Part shown: piece by piece, positions 17,603 through 26,305 of the stretch
Layout: every line of letters starts with the position of its first letter
Position numbering within the stretch: position 1 is the first letter of the stretch
Program-made: the position numbers and the translations under genes
NCBI GenBank assembly: GCA_964533615.1
Contig: CAZHMK010000004.1
Span: 138,398 to 202,397 of the forward strand
Reading direction: 5' to 3'
DNA: 64,000 nucleotides
DNA from: an uncultured Eubacteriaceae bacterium
GTDB lineage: Bacteria; Bacillota; Clostridia; Eubacteriales; UBA1433
Notes under the pieces: generated by a model
Told to the model about the DNA's origin: nothing
Database searches by the model: none
The model's input: only the letters and a program-made list of their open reading frames with translations

Positions 17603-18669
17603 TATGCATTCCCTCCTATTATTTTCTTGATCGCATCCAGCACGCCGTCATCATCGAGCAGGATCCCTCCCGAACGCCCATAGGTATATATCGGTGCGCG
17701 CCCCATGACTTCCAGAGCAATATCATCGTGCATTTGCGCCGGGATCGTCATTTCGATATCGATAACGGCTTTTACTTGATCGTAATTTAGTTTCTGCAAA
17801 CTCTGTTTCGGGAAGGGAAGCAATGTAACAGGGCGAATAAGCCCGATTTTACAGCCTTCGCTGCGCAACTGCATAATTGCCTGTTTTGCAACTCTTGCGG
17901 CGATGCCGTAAGCCACGACAACATATTCGGCATCATCGAGCATATATTTTTCCACTTTCACATCATTTGCTTCCCAGCTTTTAAACAGTTCCCTTCTTGC
18001 TTTGTTGTTGGCTTCAAGCCCTGCTTCGGGATAAATGGATGTGATCATGCGCGCGCCTCGTTTTTGACCGTTGTAGCCCACTTTCCAGCTTGCAGTGTTT
18101 TTATCGCTTATCTCCCTCATCGACGGCAGGTCTACCATTTCCATAATAGATCCCAGGCATCCGTCCATTAAAATGAGCACGGGGTTTCTGTCCCTCTCGG
18201 CGTATTCAAACGCTTCATAAGTGAGATTAACGGCTTCCTGAAGTGTGCTTGGGGCAAAGACCATTACCCGAAATCCTCCATGCCCGAGTGCTTTGGTGGC
18301 TTGAAGATAATCGGACTGCGCAGGCTGAATAGATCCAAGCCCGGGCCCGCCTCTGCTCACATTTACAATGAGCGCAGGCAGCTTTGCCCCCGATAAATAA
18401 GAAATGCCTTCCGTCTTCAGACTGATTCCCGGGCTTGATGAGGAGGTCATTGCCCGCACTCCGGTCGAAGCCGCTCCGTATACCATATTTACGGATGCGA
18501 CTTCACTTTCGCCCTGAATAAATGTTCCGCCGACCTGTGGAAGCCGAGAAGACATGTATTCGGGGATTTCATTTTGCGGCGTGATAGGATACCCCGCAAA
18601 AAACCTGCACCCTGCTAAAACTGCAGCTTCCGCAACTGCTTCACAGCCTTTCATAAATTGCTTAGCCAT
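17602..18669 (-). CDS. 2-oxoacid:ferredoxin oxidoreductase, alpha subunit
   Basis: 355 aa. N-terminal GCEAVAEAAVLAGCRFFAGYPITPQNEI is typical of the KOR/VOR/POR alpha subunit. Confidence 0.9.
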   Translation of the reverse strand: MAKQFMKGCEAVAEAAVLAGCRFFAGYPITPQNEIPEYMSSRLPQVGGTFIQGESEVASVNMVYGAASTGVRAMTSSSSPGISLKTEGISYLSGAKLPALIVNVSRGGPGLGSIQPAQSDYLQATKALGHGGFRVMVFAPSTLQEAVNLTYEAFEYAERDRNPVLILMDGCLGSIMEMVDLPSMREISDKNTASWKVGYNGQKRGARMITSIYPEAGLEANNKARRELFKSWEANDVKVEKYMLDDAEYVVVAYGIAARVAKQAIMQLRSEGCKIGLIRPVTLLPFPKQSLQKLNYDQVKAVIDIEMTIPAQMHDDIALEVMGRAPIYTYGRSGGILLDDDGVLDAIKKIIGGNA

Positions 18670-18883
18670 TTGCTTCCACCCCCTTATAGAGTTCTATTGC
18701 GCCTTCAGGGCACACGATCGCACAGCTTTGACAGCCGATGCATTTTTCCATTTCTTCTATATAAGGAAAGAAATGTCCTTTTTGGTTTCTTTCATTTCCC
18801 ATTTTCAATATATTTTTCGGGCAAAAATGAATGCAGTACCCGCATCCTTTACAGTATTTTGCCACTATATCCACTTTGTTCAC
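18662..18883 (-). CDS. 2-oxoacid:ferredoxin oxidoreductase, delta (2x[4Fe-4S] ferredoxin) subunit
   Basis: 73 aa. Two CxxCxxCxxxCP motifs (CKGCGYCIHFCP, CIGCQSCAIVCP). Confidence 0.85.
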   Translation of the reverse strand: MNKVDIVAKYCKGCGYCIHFCPKNILKMGNERNQKGHFFPYIEEMEKCIGCQSCAIVCPEGAIELYKGVEANG

Positions 18884-18900
18884 TCTAAGTCCTCCTTTTT

Positions 18901-19881
18901 TTATATGCTCTCTTTTGCAACGGCAAGCGGATAATATTGCTTGTCATAATTTGATTCTATGGTACGCACAAGCCTTGCAATGGTGGTATTCACCGGGGTA
19001 GGGATTTTAAGCTCTTTGCCCATGCGCTCGACTGCACCGTTTAAAAATTCAATTTCCGTCTTCTTTTTTGTCATCATCATATCCTGGGCCATCGACGGAT
19101 AATGATCTCCCGCCGACTGACGTGCTGCAGGAATTGTTTTTGTCATAAAGGTCGTGAAATCGAGTCCATCAATGCCTTTTGCTTTTGCCACTTCAAGCGC
19201 CTCTTTGACAAGATCGGTAACAAGCAGAGAAAAATTTACGTTCTTTGCCGCCTGCTGACCATTTAGTCTCACAAGCCCGCATGCCGCATTCACGACAATA
19301 TTGACCATGGCTTTGCTCCATACTTTTTCATCGATATTATCGACATACTTGGCCACGGCTCCTCCGGCCGTAAATGTTTGAGCCAGCAATTCACCGGCTT
19401 GTCTTTGTTCTTTTTCTTTGACAACACTGCCGATATAAATATTCACCTCGTCGAATAAATTCCCGTATACCTCTCCCGGCGCTTTGAGTATACTTGCCAT
19501 ATTGAGGCATCCGTAGAGGATTTTATCCTGCGAGACTTGCTTTGCTATGAGCTCCACATTGCCTATGCCGTTTTGGAATGTGCACACATACGTATTGCTG
19601 CCTATGATGCATTTTGCGCCTTCAAGCGCCACTTCGGTAAGCGTGCCTTTGACCATAATGATGACAATATCGTAAGGATCCAGTCCCTGCGCGCTGCAAG
19701 CCGTGTTCATTTTCACAACTTCCCTGCTCTTTGCACTGTTGAGAATAAGCCCGCTGCCGGCTATGTTGTCCATATGCGCCTTATACGGATCGATCAGTGT
19801 TACATCAGCTCCTCCTTTTTTCAGATATGCCCCGATCACACACCCCATTGCTCCCGCACCGACTACTGCGATTTTTTTCAT
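18901..19881 (-). CDS. Ketopantoate reductase (PanE/ApbA) family 2-oxoacid reductase
   Basis: 326 aa. N-terminal Rossmann motif KIAVVGAGAMGCVIGAYL. Length and pattern match the ApbA family. Confidence 0.8.
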   Translation of the reverse strand: MKKIAVVGAGAMGCVIGAYLKKGGADVTLIDPYKAHMDNIAGSGLILNSAKSREVVKMNTACSAQGLDPYDIVIIMVKGTLTEVALEGAKCIIGSNTYVCTFQNGIGNVELIAKQVSQDKILYGCLNMASILKAPGEVYGNLFDEVNIYIGSVVKEKEQRQAGELLAQTFTAGGAVAKYVDNIDEKVWSKAMVNIVVNAACGLVRLNGQQAAKNVNFSLLVTDLVKEALEVAKAKGIDGLDFTTFMTKTIPAARQSAGDHYPSMAQDMMMTKKKTEIEFLNGAVERMGKELKIPTPVNTTIARLVRTIESNYDKQYYPLAVAKESI

Positions 19882-19917
19882 ATGTATTCCTCCTATATAT
19901 TTATTAAACTTTTTTAT

Positions 19918-21222
19918 TTAAATAAGTCCTGCCTGCTTTGCCTCATAGCTCAGAGAGTCTCTGAAATCCGGATGCGCAATGGCGATCATTCTTTTAACGC
20001 GGTTTTCTATCGATTCATGTTTTAAATCCGCGATACCGTATTCCGTTACGATATACTGCACATCTGCGCGAGGCGTTGTCACAGCAGAGCCAAGCGGCAG
20101 AGCCAGTGAAATTTTTGAATGCATCTTGCCTTGCTTATCAACTCTGGTAGACGGCATCGCTATAAAAGACATCCCGCCTTTACTCGCCGCGGCTCCACGC
20201 ACGAAATCAAGTTGTCCACCTGTGCCGCTGTATTGACGAAGGCCTACAGACTCCGCACATACCTGCCCTGTAAGATCAATGGCAAGCGCACTGTTGATAG
20301 ATACAACCCGGTCGTTTTGCCCAATCACATACGGACTGTTAAGCCAGTCGAAAGGACGCGTTTCAACTAAATCATTGTTATTTAAAAAATCTGTCATTCT
20401 TTTGCTTCCAAGCGCAAACCCTATCAGGGAAATTTCTTTTGCGATATTTTTTTTGCTGTTATTCACCGCACCGCATTCAATTAAATCCACCATCGATTCC
20501 ACGAACATTTCACTGTGGATACCTAAATCCTTCTTGGTATTCAAAAATGAGCCCACAGCCGTACCGATACCCCCTATGCCCAGTTGTATACATGCGCCGT
20601 TTGGCACTTCCTCTGCAATGTACTCCGCTATTTTTGTATCAATTTCCGTTGGATTTGCAGCAGGCACTGTATATAATTCTTCCGTTAAATCCACTAAATA
20701 CGACACGTCATTCATATGTACCATTGTGTCAACGCCTTTTATATACGGCACATTTTCGTTCACTTGAATGATCACTTTTTGCGCATTATGTATGAGTTTC
20801 ACATCCAGCGGGCTCATTCCGAGGCTTATATACCCATCCTTATCGGGAGGCGTGCCTACCAGCATGACCACATTGGCCGGATGCGTTTGCACTCTGTCCT
20901 GGGTAGTGTTGCTGAGGTGGATCAGTTGCGCTTCTATGCCGGACCCTCTCTTTATAAATTCCCGCTCGATCGGGCCTAAAAACAAGCTGCGCACATCCAC
21001 TCTGCCTTTGCAATCCGGTAGAAATATACGCATCGCCCGCACGCCAAAGCCCATATCTATACGTACATTGCTCAGCTTCTCTTTCTCATCATAGAGACTA
21101 TCGAGTATAGAATATGGAATGCCTGTAACTAAGCTTGTGGCAATCACATCACCCGGATCTATCTTTTTCGCGGCTTCTTTTACTGTAATGATTTTATCTT
21201 TGTAACTCTCTTTCCACGACAT
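19918..21222 (-). CDS. Acetyl-CoA hydrolase/transferase family (4-hydroxybutyrate CoA-transferase-like)
   Basis: 434 aa. Family pattern includes the SGTGGQLDF and GSEMF-type segment (IHSEMFVES). Confidence 0.85.
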   Translation of the reverse strand: MSWKESYKDKIITVKEAAKKIDPGDVIATSLVTGIPYSILDSLYDEKEKLSNVRIDMGFGVRAMRIFLPDCKGRVDVRSLFLGPIEREFIKRGSGIEAQLIHLSNTTQDRVQTHPANVVMLVGTPPDKDGYISLGMSPLDVKLIHNAQKVIIQVNENVPYIKGVDTMVHMNDVSYLVDLTEELYTVPAANPTEIDTKIAEYIAEEVPNGACIQLGIGGIGTAVGSFLNTKKDLGIHSEMFVESMVDLIECGAVNNSKKNIAKEISLIGFALGSKRMTDFLNNNDLVETRPFDWLNSPYVIGQNDRVVSINSALAIDLTGQVCAESVGLRQYSGTGGQLDFVRGAAASKGGMSFIAMPSTRVDKQGKMHSKISLALPLGSAVTTPRADVQYIVTEYGIADLKHESIENRVKRMIAIAHPDFRDSLSYEAKQAGLI

Positions 21223-21394
21223 GCAAATTGTTCTCCTTTAATGACTTAATAATATGTAGACAAGTCCTGTTCTAATAAAATGTATTCGTCTGTAATCAAG
21301 ATTATAACCTCCCCCTTTTTATTGCTCCAAACTTTATCCTAAATACAAAATTTGCTTTTTTTTCATCTTTTCTAAAAGCCTACTTCTGCCTAAC

Positions 21395-21432
21395 TTGCAA
21401 AAAACGGACTTAAAAAAGTCCGTTTTTTGCAA
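21395..21432. repeat. Perfect 17-bp inverted repeat / bidirectional terminator-like hairpin
   Basis: TTGCAAAAAACGGACTT-AAAA-AAGTCCGTTTTTTGCAA. Located between two divergently oriented promoters. Confidence 0.6.
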
Positions 21433-21481
21433 ACATTTTCATTTAAAGATAATTTTTCATAATAAATACCGATAAAATATT

Positions 21482-21510
21482 TTGCCAAATATTTTATCCT
21501 ATGTTATATT
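21482..21510 (+). promoter_or_regulatory. Putative promoter of the GntR regulator gene
   Basis: TTGCCA-N17-TATATT with TG at -15/-14. Lies 23 nt upstream of the ATG at 21533. Confidence 0.45.
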
Positions 21511-21532
21511 ACATTTTAGGAGTGTGGATACC

Positions 21533-22228
21533 ATGAATCGTGAAAGTTTTATTGAATATCTTCGCAAAAACCCTTTTGAGCAGCTTAACAAGATCGTACA
21601 TAAAATGCTCGAAGACGAGATCATCTCTCTTGAAATCCTCCCGGGAACAAAATTAAACAGCGCTCAGATTGCCAAAGAATTAAAAATAAGCCGCACGCCC
21701 GTAAAAGAAGCCTTCCGTCTTTTAAAACAGGAAGGGCTGCTGCAAAACCGTGACGATAAAAGCGGCTACTACGTATTTTCTATGTCGAACACGGATATTG
21801 AAGATTTATTCTATGTCAGGCGTATTTTAGAGGGCAGTGCAACATATCTTTGCGCACAGCAAAACAGCCTGATCGATATCAAGTCTCTTAAAGAATATGC
21901 GACTAAATTTGAAAAATTATTTCATACTAAAAATTTTGATGAACTCGATGAGCTGGACGTACCCTTTCATAAAATGATCATACTTTCATCAAATAACAGA
22001 TTTTTGATTAAAATGTACGAAGACATTGAAAAAATCGTACGCTACCATTCTGCCAAGACAAGACTGTATTTGGATAAGGCCCCGCAAATAAAGTCTATAA
22101 CATCTATTGCATATCAGCATCTGGCAATCTGTAACGGTATAGAATCGGGCATCCCCGAAGTGGCGCAAAACGCTGCGATTTCTCATGTGGATTCCTGTAT
22201 TAATTTTGCAAGGCGCTACTATTATTAA
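21533..22228 (+). CDS. GntR family transcriptional regulator (FadR/FCD subfamily)
   Basis: About 231 aa. N-terminal wHTH (LPGTKLNSAQIAKELKISRTPVKEAFRLLKQEGLL) plus a helical C-terminal domain. Start moved to MNRESF (GGAG RBS). Confidence 0.85.
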   Translation: MNRESFIEYLRKNPFEQLNKIVHKMLEDEIISLEILPGTKLNSAQIAKELKISRTPVKEAFRLLKQEGLLQNRDDKSGYYVFSMSNTDIEDLFYVRRILEGSATYLCAQQNSLIDIKSLKEYATKFEKLFHTKNFDELDELDVPFHKMIILSSNNRFLIKMYEDIEKIVRYHSAKTRLYLDKAPQIKSITSIAYQHLAICNGIESGIPEVAQNAAISHVDSCINFARRYYY

Positions 22229-22326
22229 AATTTAAAAATAAAATTTTTTAATCCATTTAAATATACATTTTGTGATATAATTGTTCATATACTTTACTGC
22301 AGATTTTTTTTCGAGAGGCATCTAAA

Positions 22327-23334
22327 ATGAATACATTGCTGACATTACATAAAGAACACTCTTTTCCATCCTTTACACTTATTAAATCATTTTTTATAAA
22401 CAGCTTTGCTATCTTAAACAAACAAAAAAAAGAAACGTTTATTATCTTAGGAGTATTAACTTCGATTATTACGAGCCTAATTTTTATGATGCTGTTTTCA
22501 TGGTTTATTCCAACGATAAAATATTTACTTACATTACTGGGAACACAGCCTTTAGAAGATATTCCCAAATCATGGATGCTTTCAACATTATTATTTTGTA
22601 TACTCATTTACTGCATCATTTCATGTTTAATGGTGTTTATAAAAAATATTTTTGTTACATTATCTTTTAATTATTATAATGATCGTCATTTTTTATCATA
22701 TAATGAAATCATGCGTTTTTCTTTTAGGCGGCTTCCGAAAACATTGCTGGTCAACTTGAGCATATTTATTTTGCTTGCAATGTTTATTTTCCTTACATTC
22801 TACATTGCGTATCTGTCTGCTCAACCATATTTTTATTTTAAAGATATGTCGATCAAACTGCTTGGAGACAGTCTTTTAATCAGCCGTAAAAGTTTGATTA
22901 TTTTTTCCTCTGTCAGTATAATCGGGCTGCTGGTTACCATTGGTCTTGCCTCCTTCTTTCAGCTTGCGCAAATGCTGACTTTGTTATATGATATAAAAAT
23001 TGCAAAAGCACTTAAGTATTCATTTCTTTTAATAAAAAACAACTATAAAATAAATTTGTCTGTTTTCTTTTTCAGTAATTTAATAAGTATCGTATGTGTC
23101 ATCCTCGTTGTCTTTCTTTTAAGCATAAGTGTGATAGGTCTTGCTTTACTTGTTCCGATTTATTTACTGATTAAAATTATTCGCTACTTGTTTTCTTCTC
23201 AAGTTATGCTGTATCATTATACTAACTATATTAATACAAATGCATTTTCAGTTAATGCCGTTAATTTATACAAAATATTTTTCCATTTATTTGTCGATAC
23301 TAACACCAAAAACGCCGATTCATTAGCAGTATAG
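22327..23334 (+). CDS. Polytopic membrane protein, unknown function
   Basis: 335 aa, about 7 hydrophobic helices, GAGAGG RBS. No family recognised. Confidence 0.6.
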   Translation: MNTLLTLHKEHSFPSFTLIKSFFINSFAILNKQKKETFIILGVLTSIITSLIFMMLFSWFIPTIKYLLTLLGTQPLEDIPKSWMLSTLLFCILIYCIISCLMVFIKNIFVTLSFNYYNDRHFLSYNEIMRFSFRRLPKTLLVNLSIFILLAMFIFLTFYIAYLSAQPYFYFKDMSIKLLGDSLLISRKSLIIFSSVSIIGLLVTIGLASFFQLAQMLTLLYDIKIAKALKYSFLLIKNNYKINLSVFFFSNLISIVCVILVVFLLSISVIGLALLVPIYLLIKIIRYLFSSQVMLYHYTNYINTNAFSVNAVNLYKIFFHLFVDTNTKNADSLAV

Positions 23335-23369
23335 AGTATCTCTTTATGAAGATGGAAGAGGAGGATCCA

Positions 23370-23912
23370 ATGTCAAAAATACTTATTGTTGTTGATTATC
23401 AAAACGATTTTGTAACAGGCTCTATGGGATTTGTGGGCGCAAAGCAAATAGAAAATGCTATTTATGATAAAATTCAAATGTATTTAGAAAACAACTCTCA
23501 TATATTCTTTACCATGGATACGCATGATGACAGCTATAAAAACAGCCGGGAGGGCTCACTCTTCCCCGTACATTGTCGGTTAAATGAAGAAGGCTGGCAT
23601 TTATACGGCAAGGTAAGAGAATTTGAGACTTTAGAAAACAAGCATATTCATTTTATTAATAAGTCCACCTACGGCACTGCAATGCTGCCTGATTTTATTG
23701 AATCGGTGCAGGAAAAATCATCCATAGAAGAAATGGAACTGTGCGGGGTTGTGACCAATATATGCGTGATTGCCAACGCATTCATTCTGCAGTCACGTTT
23801 TTTTGACAGCTCCATTGCTGTAGACTCTCTGGCATGCGCCAGCTTTGATGAAGGCATGCACAAAAATGCTTTAGACGTTATGAGTTCAACAGGAATCAAG
23901 ATCTACGCATAA
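23370..23912 (+). CDS. Isochorismatase-family cysteine hydrolase (nicotinamidase-like)
   Basis: 180 aa from MSKILIVVDYQNDF. Catalytic Cys context GVVTNICV. Confidence 0.75.
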   Translation: MSKILIVVDYQNDFVTGSMGFVGAKQIENAIYDKIQMYLENNSHIFFTMDTHDDSYKNSREGSLFPVHCRLNEEGWHLYGKVREFETLENKHIHFINKSTYGTAMLPDFIESVQEKSSIEEMELCGVVTNICVIANAFILQSRFFDSSIAVDSLACASFDEGMHKNALDVMSSTGIKIYA

Positions 23913-23927
23913 TACGCAGGAGATAAG

Positions 23928-24182
23928 ATGGATTTTATTTATGAACCGGACCGCATTTATTTAGAAAATGAAGAAGGCAGACTGCTTGCCGAGATTGAAA
24001 TGAACCCCGTAGATGAAAATACTGTGAATATCTGCCGCACTTTTGTCCATGAGTCACTCCGGGGTCATGGCATGGCATCTAAGTTGACAGAAGCTGCCGT
24101 GAAATATCTAAAAAGTCAAAATAAAAATATCACCGCATCTTGTGCCTATGCTGAACAATGGCTCAAAAAGCATACTAAATAA
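23928..24182 (+). CDS. Small GNAT-like acetyltransferase-fold protein (YjdJ-like)
   Basis: 84 aa. HESLRGHGMASKL resembles the GNAT motif A of single-domain YjdJ-type proteins. Confidence 0.6.
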   Translation: MDFIYEPDRIYLENEEGRLLAEIEMNPVDENTVNICRTFVHESLRGHGMASKLTEAAVKYLKSQNKNITASCAYAEQWLKKHTK

Positions 24183-24206
24183 AAAGCCGCCGAACTGCGG
24201 CTTTTT
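24181..24206. terminator. Bidirectional intrinsic terminator
   Basis: AAAAAGCCGC-CGAACT-GCGGCTTTTT between convergent genes (GNAT-like gene and rsfS). Confidence 0.65.
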
Positions 24207-24215
24207 ATTTTTAAT

Positions 24216-24572
24216 TTAGTGTTCATCTCTGCTGGGCAAAAGTATAAATTTACCGTCAGCCCACAGCTTTTCAATATCGTAATAACTTCTCTCTTCTTTA
24301 TGAAAAACATGCACGACCACATCGCCGAAATCAAGCAGTATCCATCGGCTTTCTTTTTTGCCTTCAATGATGGGTATATCCATTCCGTTTTCTTTTGACT
24401 GTAAGTAAATATGCTCTGTTATAGCATCCAGCTGGCGTTCGTTTGAAGCGCTTAAAAACACAAATACATCTGTAATCGATGTCAGCGCCGTAACATCAAT
24501 AATATTGATATCTTCCGCGTTTTTTTCTTCAGCCCACTGAGCTATTAATTCAGCTTTTTTGATATAATCCAT
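24216..24572 (-). CDS. rsfS: Ribosome silencing factor RsfS
   Basis: 118 aa from MDYIKK (GAGGTG RBS). The motifs DVFVFLSASNERQ and WILLDFGDVVVHVFHKEERSYYDIEKLW are typical of RsfS/iojap. Confidence 0.85.
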   Translation of the reverse strand: MDYIKKAELIAQWAEEKNAEDINIIDVTALTSITDVFVFLSASNERQLDAITEHIYLQSKENGMDIPIIEGKKESRWILLDFGDVVVHVFHKEERSYYDIEKLWADGKFILLPSRDEH

Positions 24573-24832
24573 TTTACACCTCAAAAAATCAATTATGCTT
24601 CAATTTTATCAGTAGTATAATAATACAAGTTCTTTTGAACAAACACAATAGCTGTATGATTATTCCTTAAATTAATTTTATGATATTGAGCCATTTATCC
24701 TCTTATAATTTTTGACTTTATTTTATGTTGAACCGAAAATAATTATTTGTAATTTTAATTTTGTTCATATATAATATATTTTGAATACGTATAATCTTGT
24801 AATATTTTGCAGGAAAGGATCATTTTTAGTAT

Positions 24833-25384
24833 ATGGATAAAAAAAACAAAGTAAGCGTGAAAATATTAGGTTCCGAATATTCATTTTTAACAAGTACAAA
24901 TGATACCGTAAAAATCGAAGACACCGTTAATTATCTTGAATATATTTTAAATGATACTAAAAAGAAAAATCCTTATATCAGCAATTATGTAGCATTAATT
25001 CTGACATGTATGAATTTAAGTGAAGAAATTTTAGATACCCAGAAAGCTTTTTTGAATCTTCAGAAAAAACTTGCAAGCACACCTGCTTCCCCCCCGGCTA
25101 CATATCAGACCAAAAAAGAAGAAAAAGTCATCGATATCGAAAATATGAATCTGGTGAAAAATCAAAATGATATGAAAAAATTTGAGCAATATCAGGAAGA
25201 AGTCAAGCGCACAAGCGAAGAACTCAACCGTGCCAACGCAATCATAGCAGGCTATAAAACCCGGCTCACGGAAATACGAACCGAAAACGAAAAAATGAAA
25301 CATGAATATGAGTCAATGGAAGAGCGACTTCTCGAAAGCCAAATAGAACTTGTAAAACTAAGAAAAAGATTAATTCAGGAATAA
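24833..25384 (+). CDS. zapA: Cell division protein ZapA-like with C-terminal coiled coil
   Basis: 183 aa. N-terminal VSVKILGSEYSF is typical of ZapA. The C-terminus is heptad-rich. Confidence 0.65.
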   Translation: MDKKNKVSVKILGSEYSFLTSTNDTVKIEDTVNYLEYILNDTKKKNPYISNYVALILTCMNLSEEILDTQKAFLNLQKKLASTPASPPATYQTKKEEKVIDIENMNLVKNQNDMKKFEQYQEEVKRTSEELNRANAIIAGYKTRLTEIRTENEKMKHEYESMEERLLESQIELVKLRKRLIQE

Positions 25385-25397
25385 AAATATATTGCGA

Positions 25398-25427
25398 TAA
25401 AATCCAGCACAATGCTGGATTTTTTAT
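25398..25427 (+). terminator. Intrinsic terminator after zapA
   Basis: AAAATCCAGCA-CAA-TGCTGGATTTTTT. Confidence 0.65.
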
Positions 25428-25523
25428 GCTCGAATAAATTTAGCAAACTCCATAAATATCCCGCACACTTCAATTGCTGCCTCATATAATAACCATAGAA
25501 ATAAATAAAGGAGGATAAAGCAT

Positions 25524-26198
25524 TTGGATGAGAAAATTGAAGTAAACAATTGCTGTATGGAAGTTGATTGTTTAATTGTAAATAAAGTTTACGACGCATG
25601 TTCAAAGCGCGATTGTTTGGAGCGAGCATTATTTTGCGTAAACTTCCCAACAGGTACAGCCGATGATTATAAATTTTTACATGCCGAATTCGGCAAAGCA
25701 CAAGTAGAACATTGGGGAGATTATCCGTTTTTCCAAGAGATTAATGAAAATTATGCGTTGATGCGATTTGTCGCAGCAATTCCTGTTTATGTAGTTGTCA
25801 AAAGAAAATGTGACGGAGAAATTTTCAGACTTCCCGCCAAACTACTTGTAAACGGAACAATGCAATGCGATAACAAAATACGTTTCCCGGTAGAAGTTGT
25901 TGTCTACGCTCCGGCCGAATATTTAAGACAAGGTCGTTTTGAACCTTATGTAGAAAGCTTCGCGGAAGTGGGATATAGTAATCTCGTAGATAATAGAGAA
26001 GCAATACAACTCAGCATCGGTGTATTCTTAATTGTAAAAGTTGTCAGTGAAGTACAACTTAAAATTCCTACTTATGGTTTTTGTGATATTCCGCCTGAAT
26101 GTGATGAAATACCAAGTAATATCGAATTCTGCGATACATTCATGGATGAAAATGTTACTCCATTCCCGGAATTTTTCCCGCCTCAGCAAAGATGTTAG
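25524..26198 (+). CDS. Cys-rich hypothetical protein
   Basis: 224 aa. TTG start 8 nt after AAGGAGGA. 13 Cys, including NNCCMEVDC and a terminal Cys. No family recognised. Confidence 0.5.
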   Translation: MDEKIEVNNCCMEVDCLIVNKVYDACSKRDCLERALFCVNFPTGTADDYKFLHAEFGKAQVEHWGDYPFFQEINENYALMRFVAAIPVYVVVKRKCDGEIFRLPAKLLVNGTMQCDNKIRFPVEVVVYAPAEYLRQGRFEPYVESFAEVGYSNLVDNREAIQLSIGVFLIVKVVSEVQLKIPTYGFCDIPPECDEIPSNIEFCDTFMDENVTPFPEFFPPQQRC

Positions 26199-26211
26199 CA
26201 AATCGATTTAC

Positions 26212-26240
26212 AAAAAAAGACAGCTTGCTGTCTTTTTTAT
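26212..26240 (+). terminator. Intrinsic terminator
   Basis: AAAAAAAGACAG-CTTG-CTGTCTTTTTT downstream of the 26198 stop. Confidence 0.6.
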
Positions 26241-26305
26241 TTTCTTTTTTTTATAATTTGATTATAATATACTTTGAAGTAATTACCAAATATAGAGAGG
26301 TTCCT

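Noticed and set aside
22257-22607. 116-aa minus-strand ORF
   Set aside because: It overlaps the 5' part of the plus-strand membrane protein gene, which has an RBS and consistent TM topology. No independent support.
25375-25701. 108-aa minus-strand ORF spanning the zapA terminator
   Set aside because: It covers an intrinsic terminator and the RBS and start of the Cys-rich protein gene on the other strand. No RBS.
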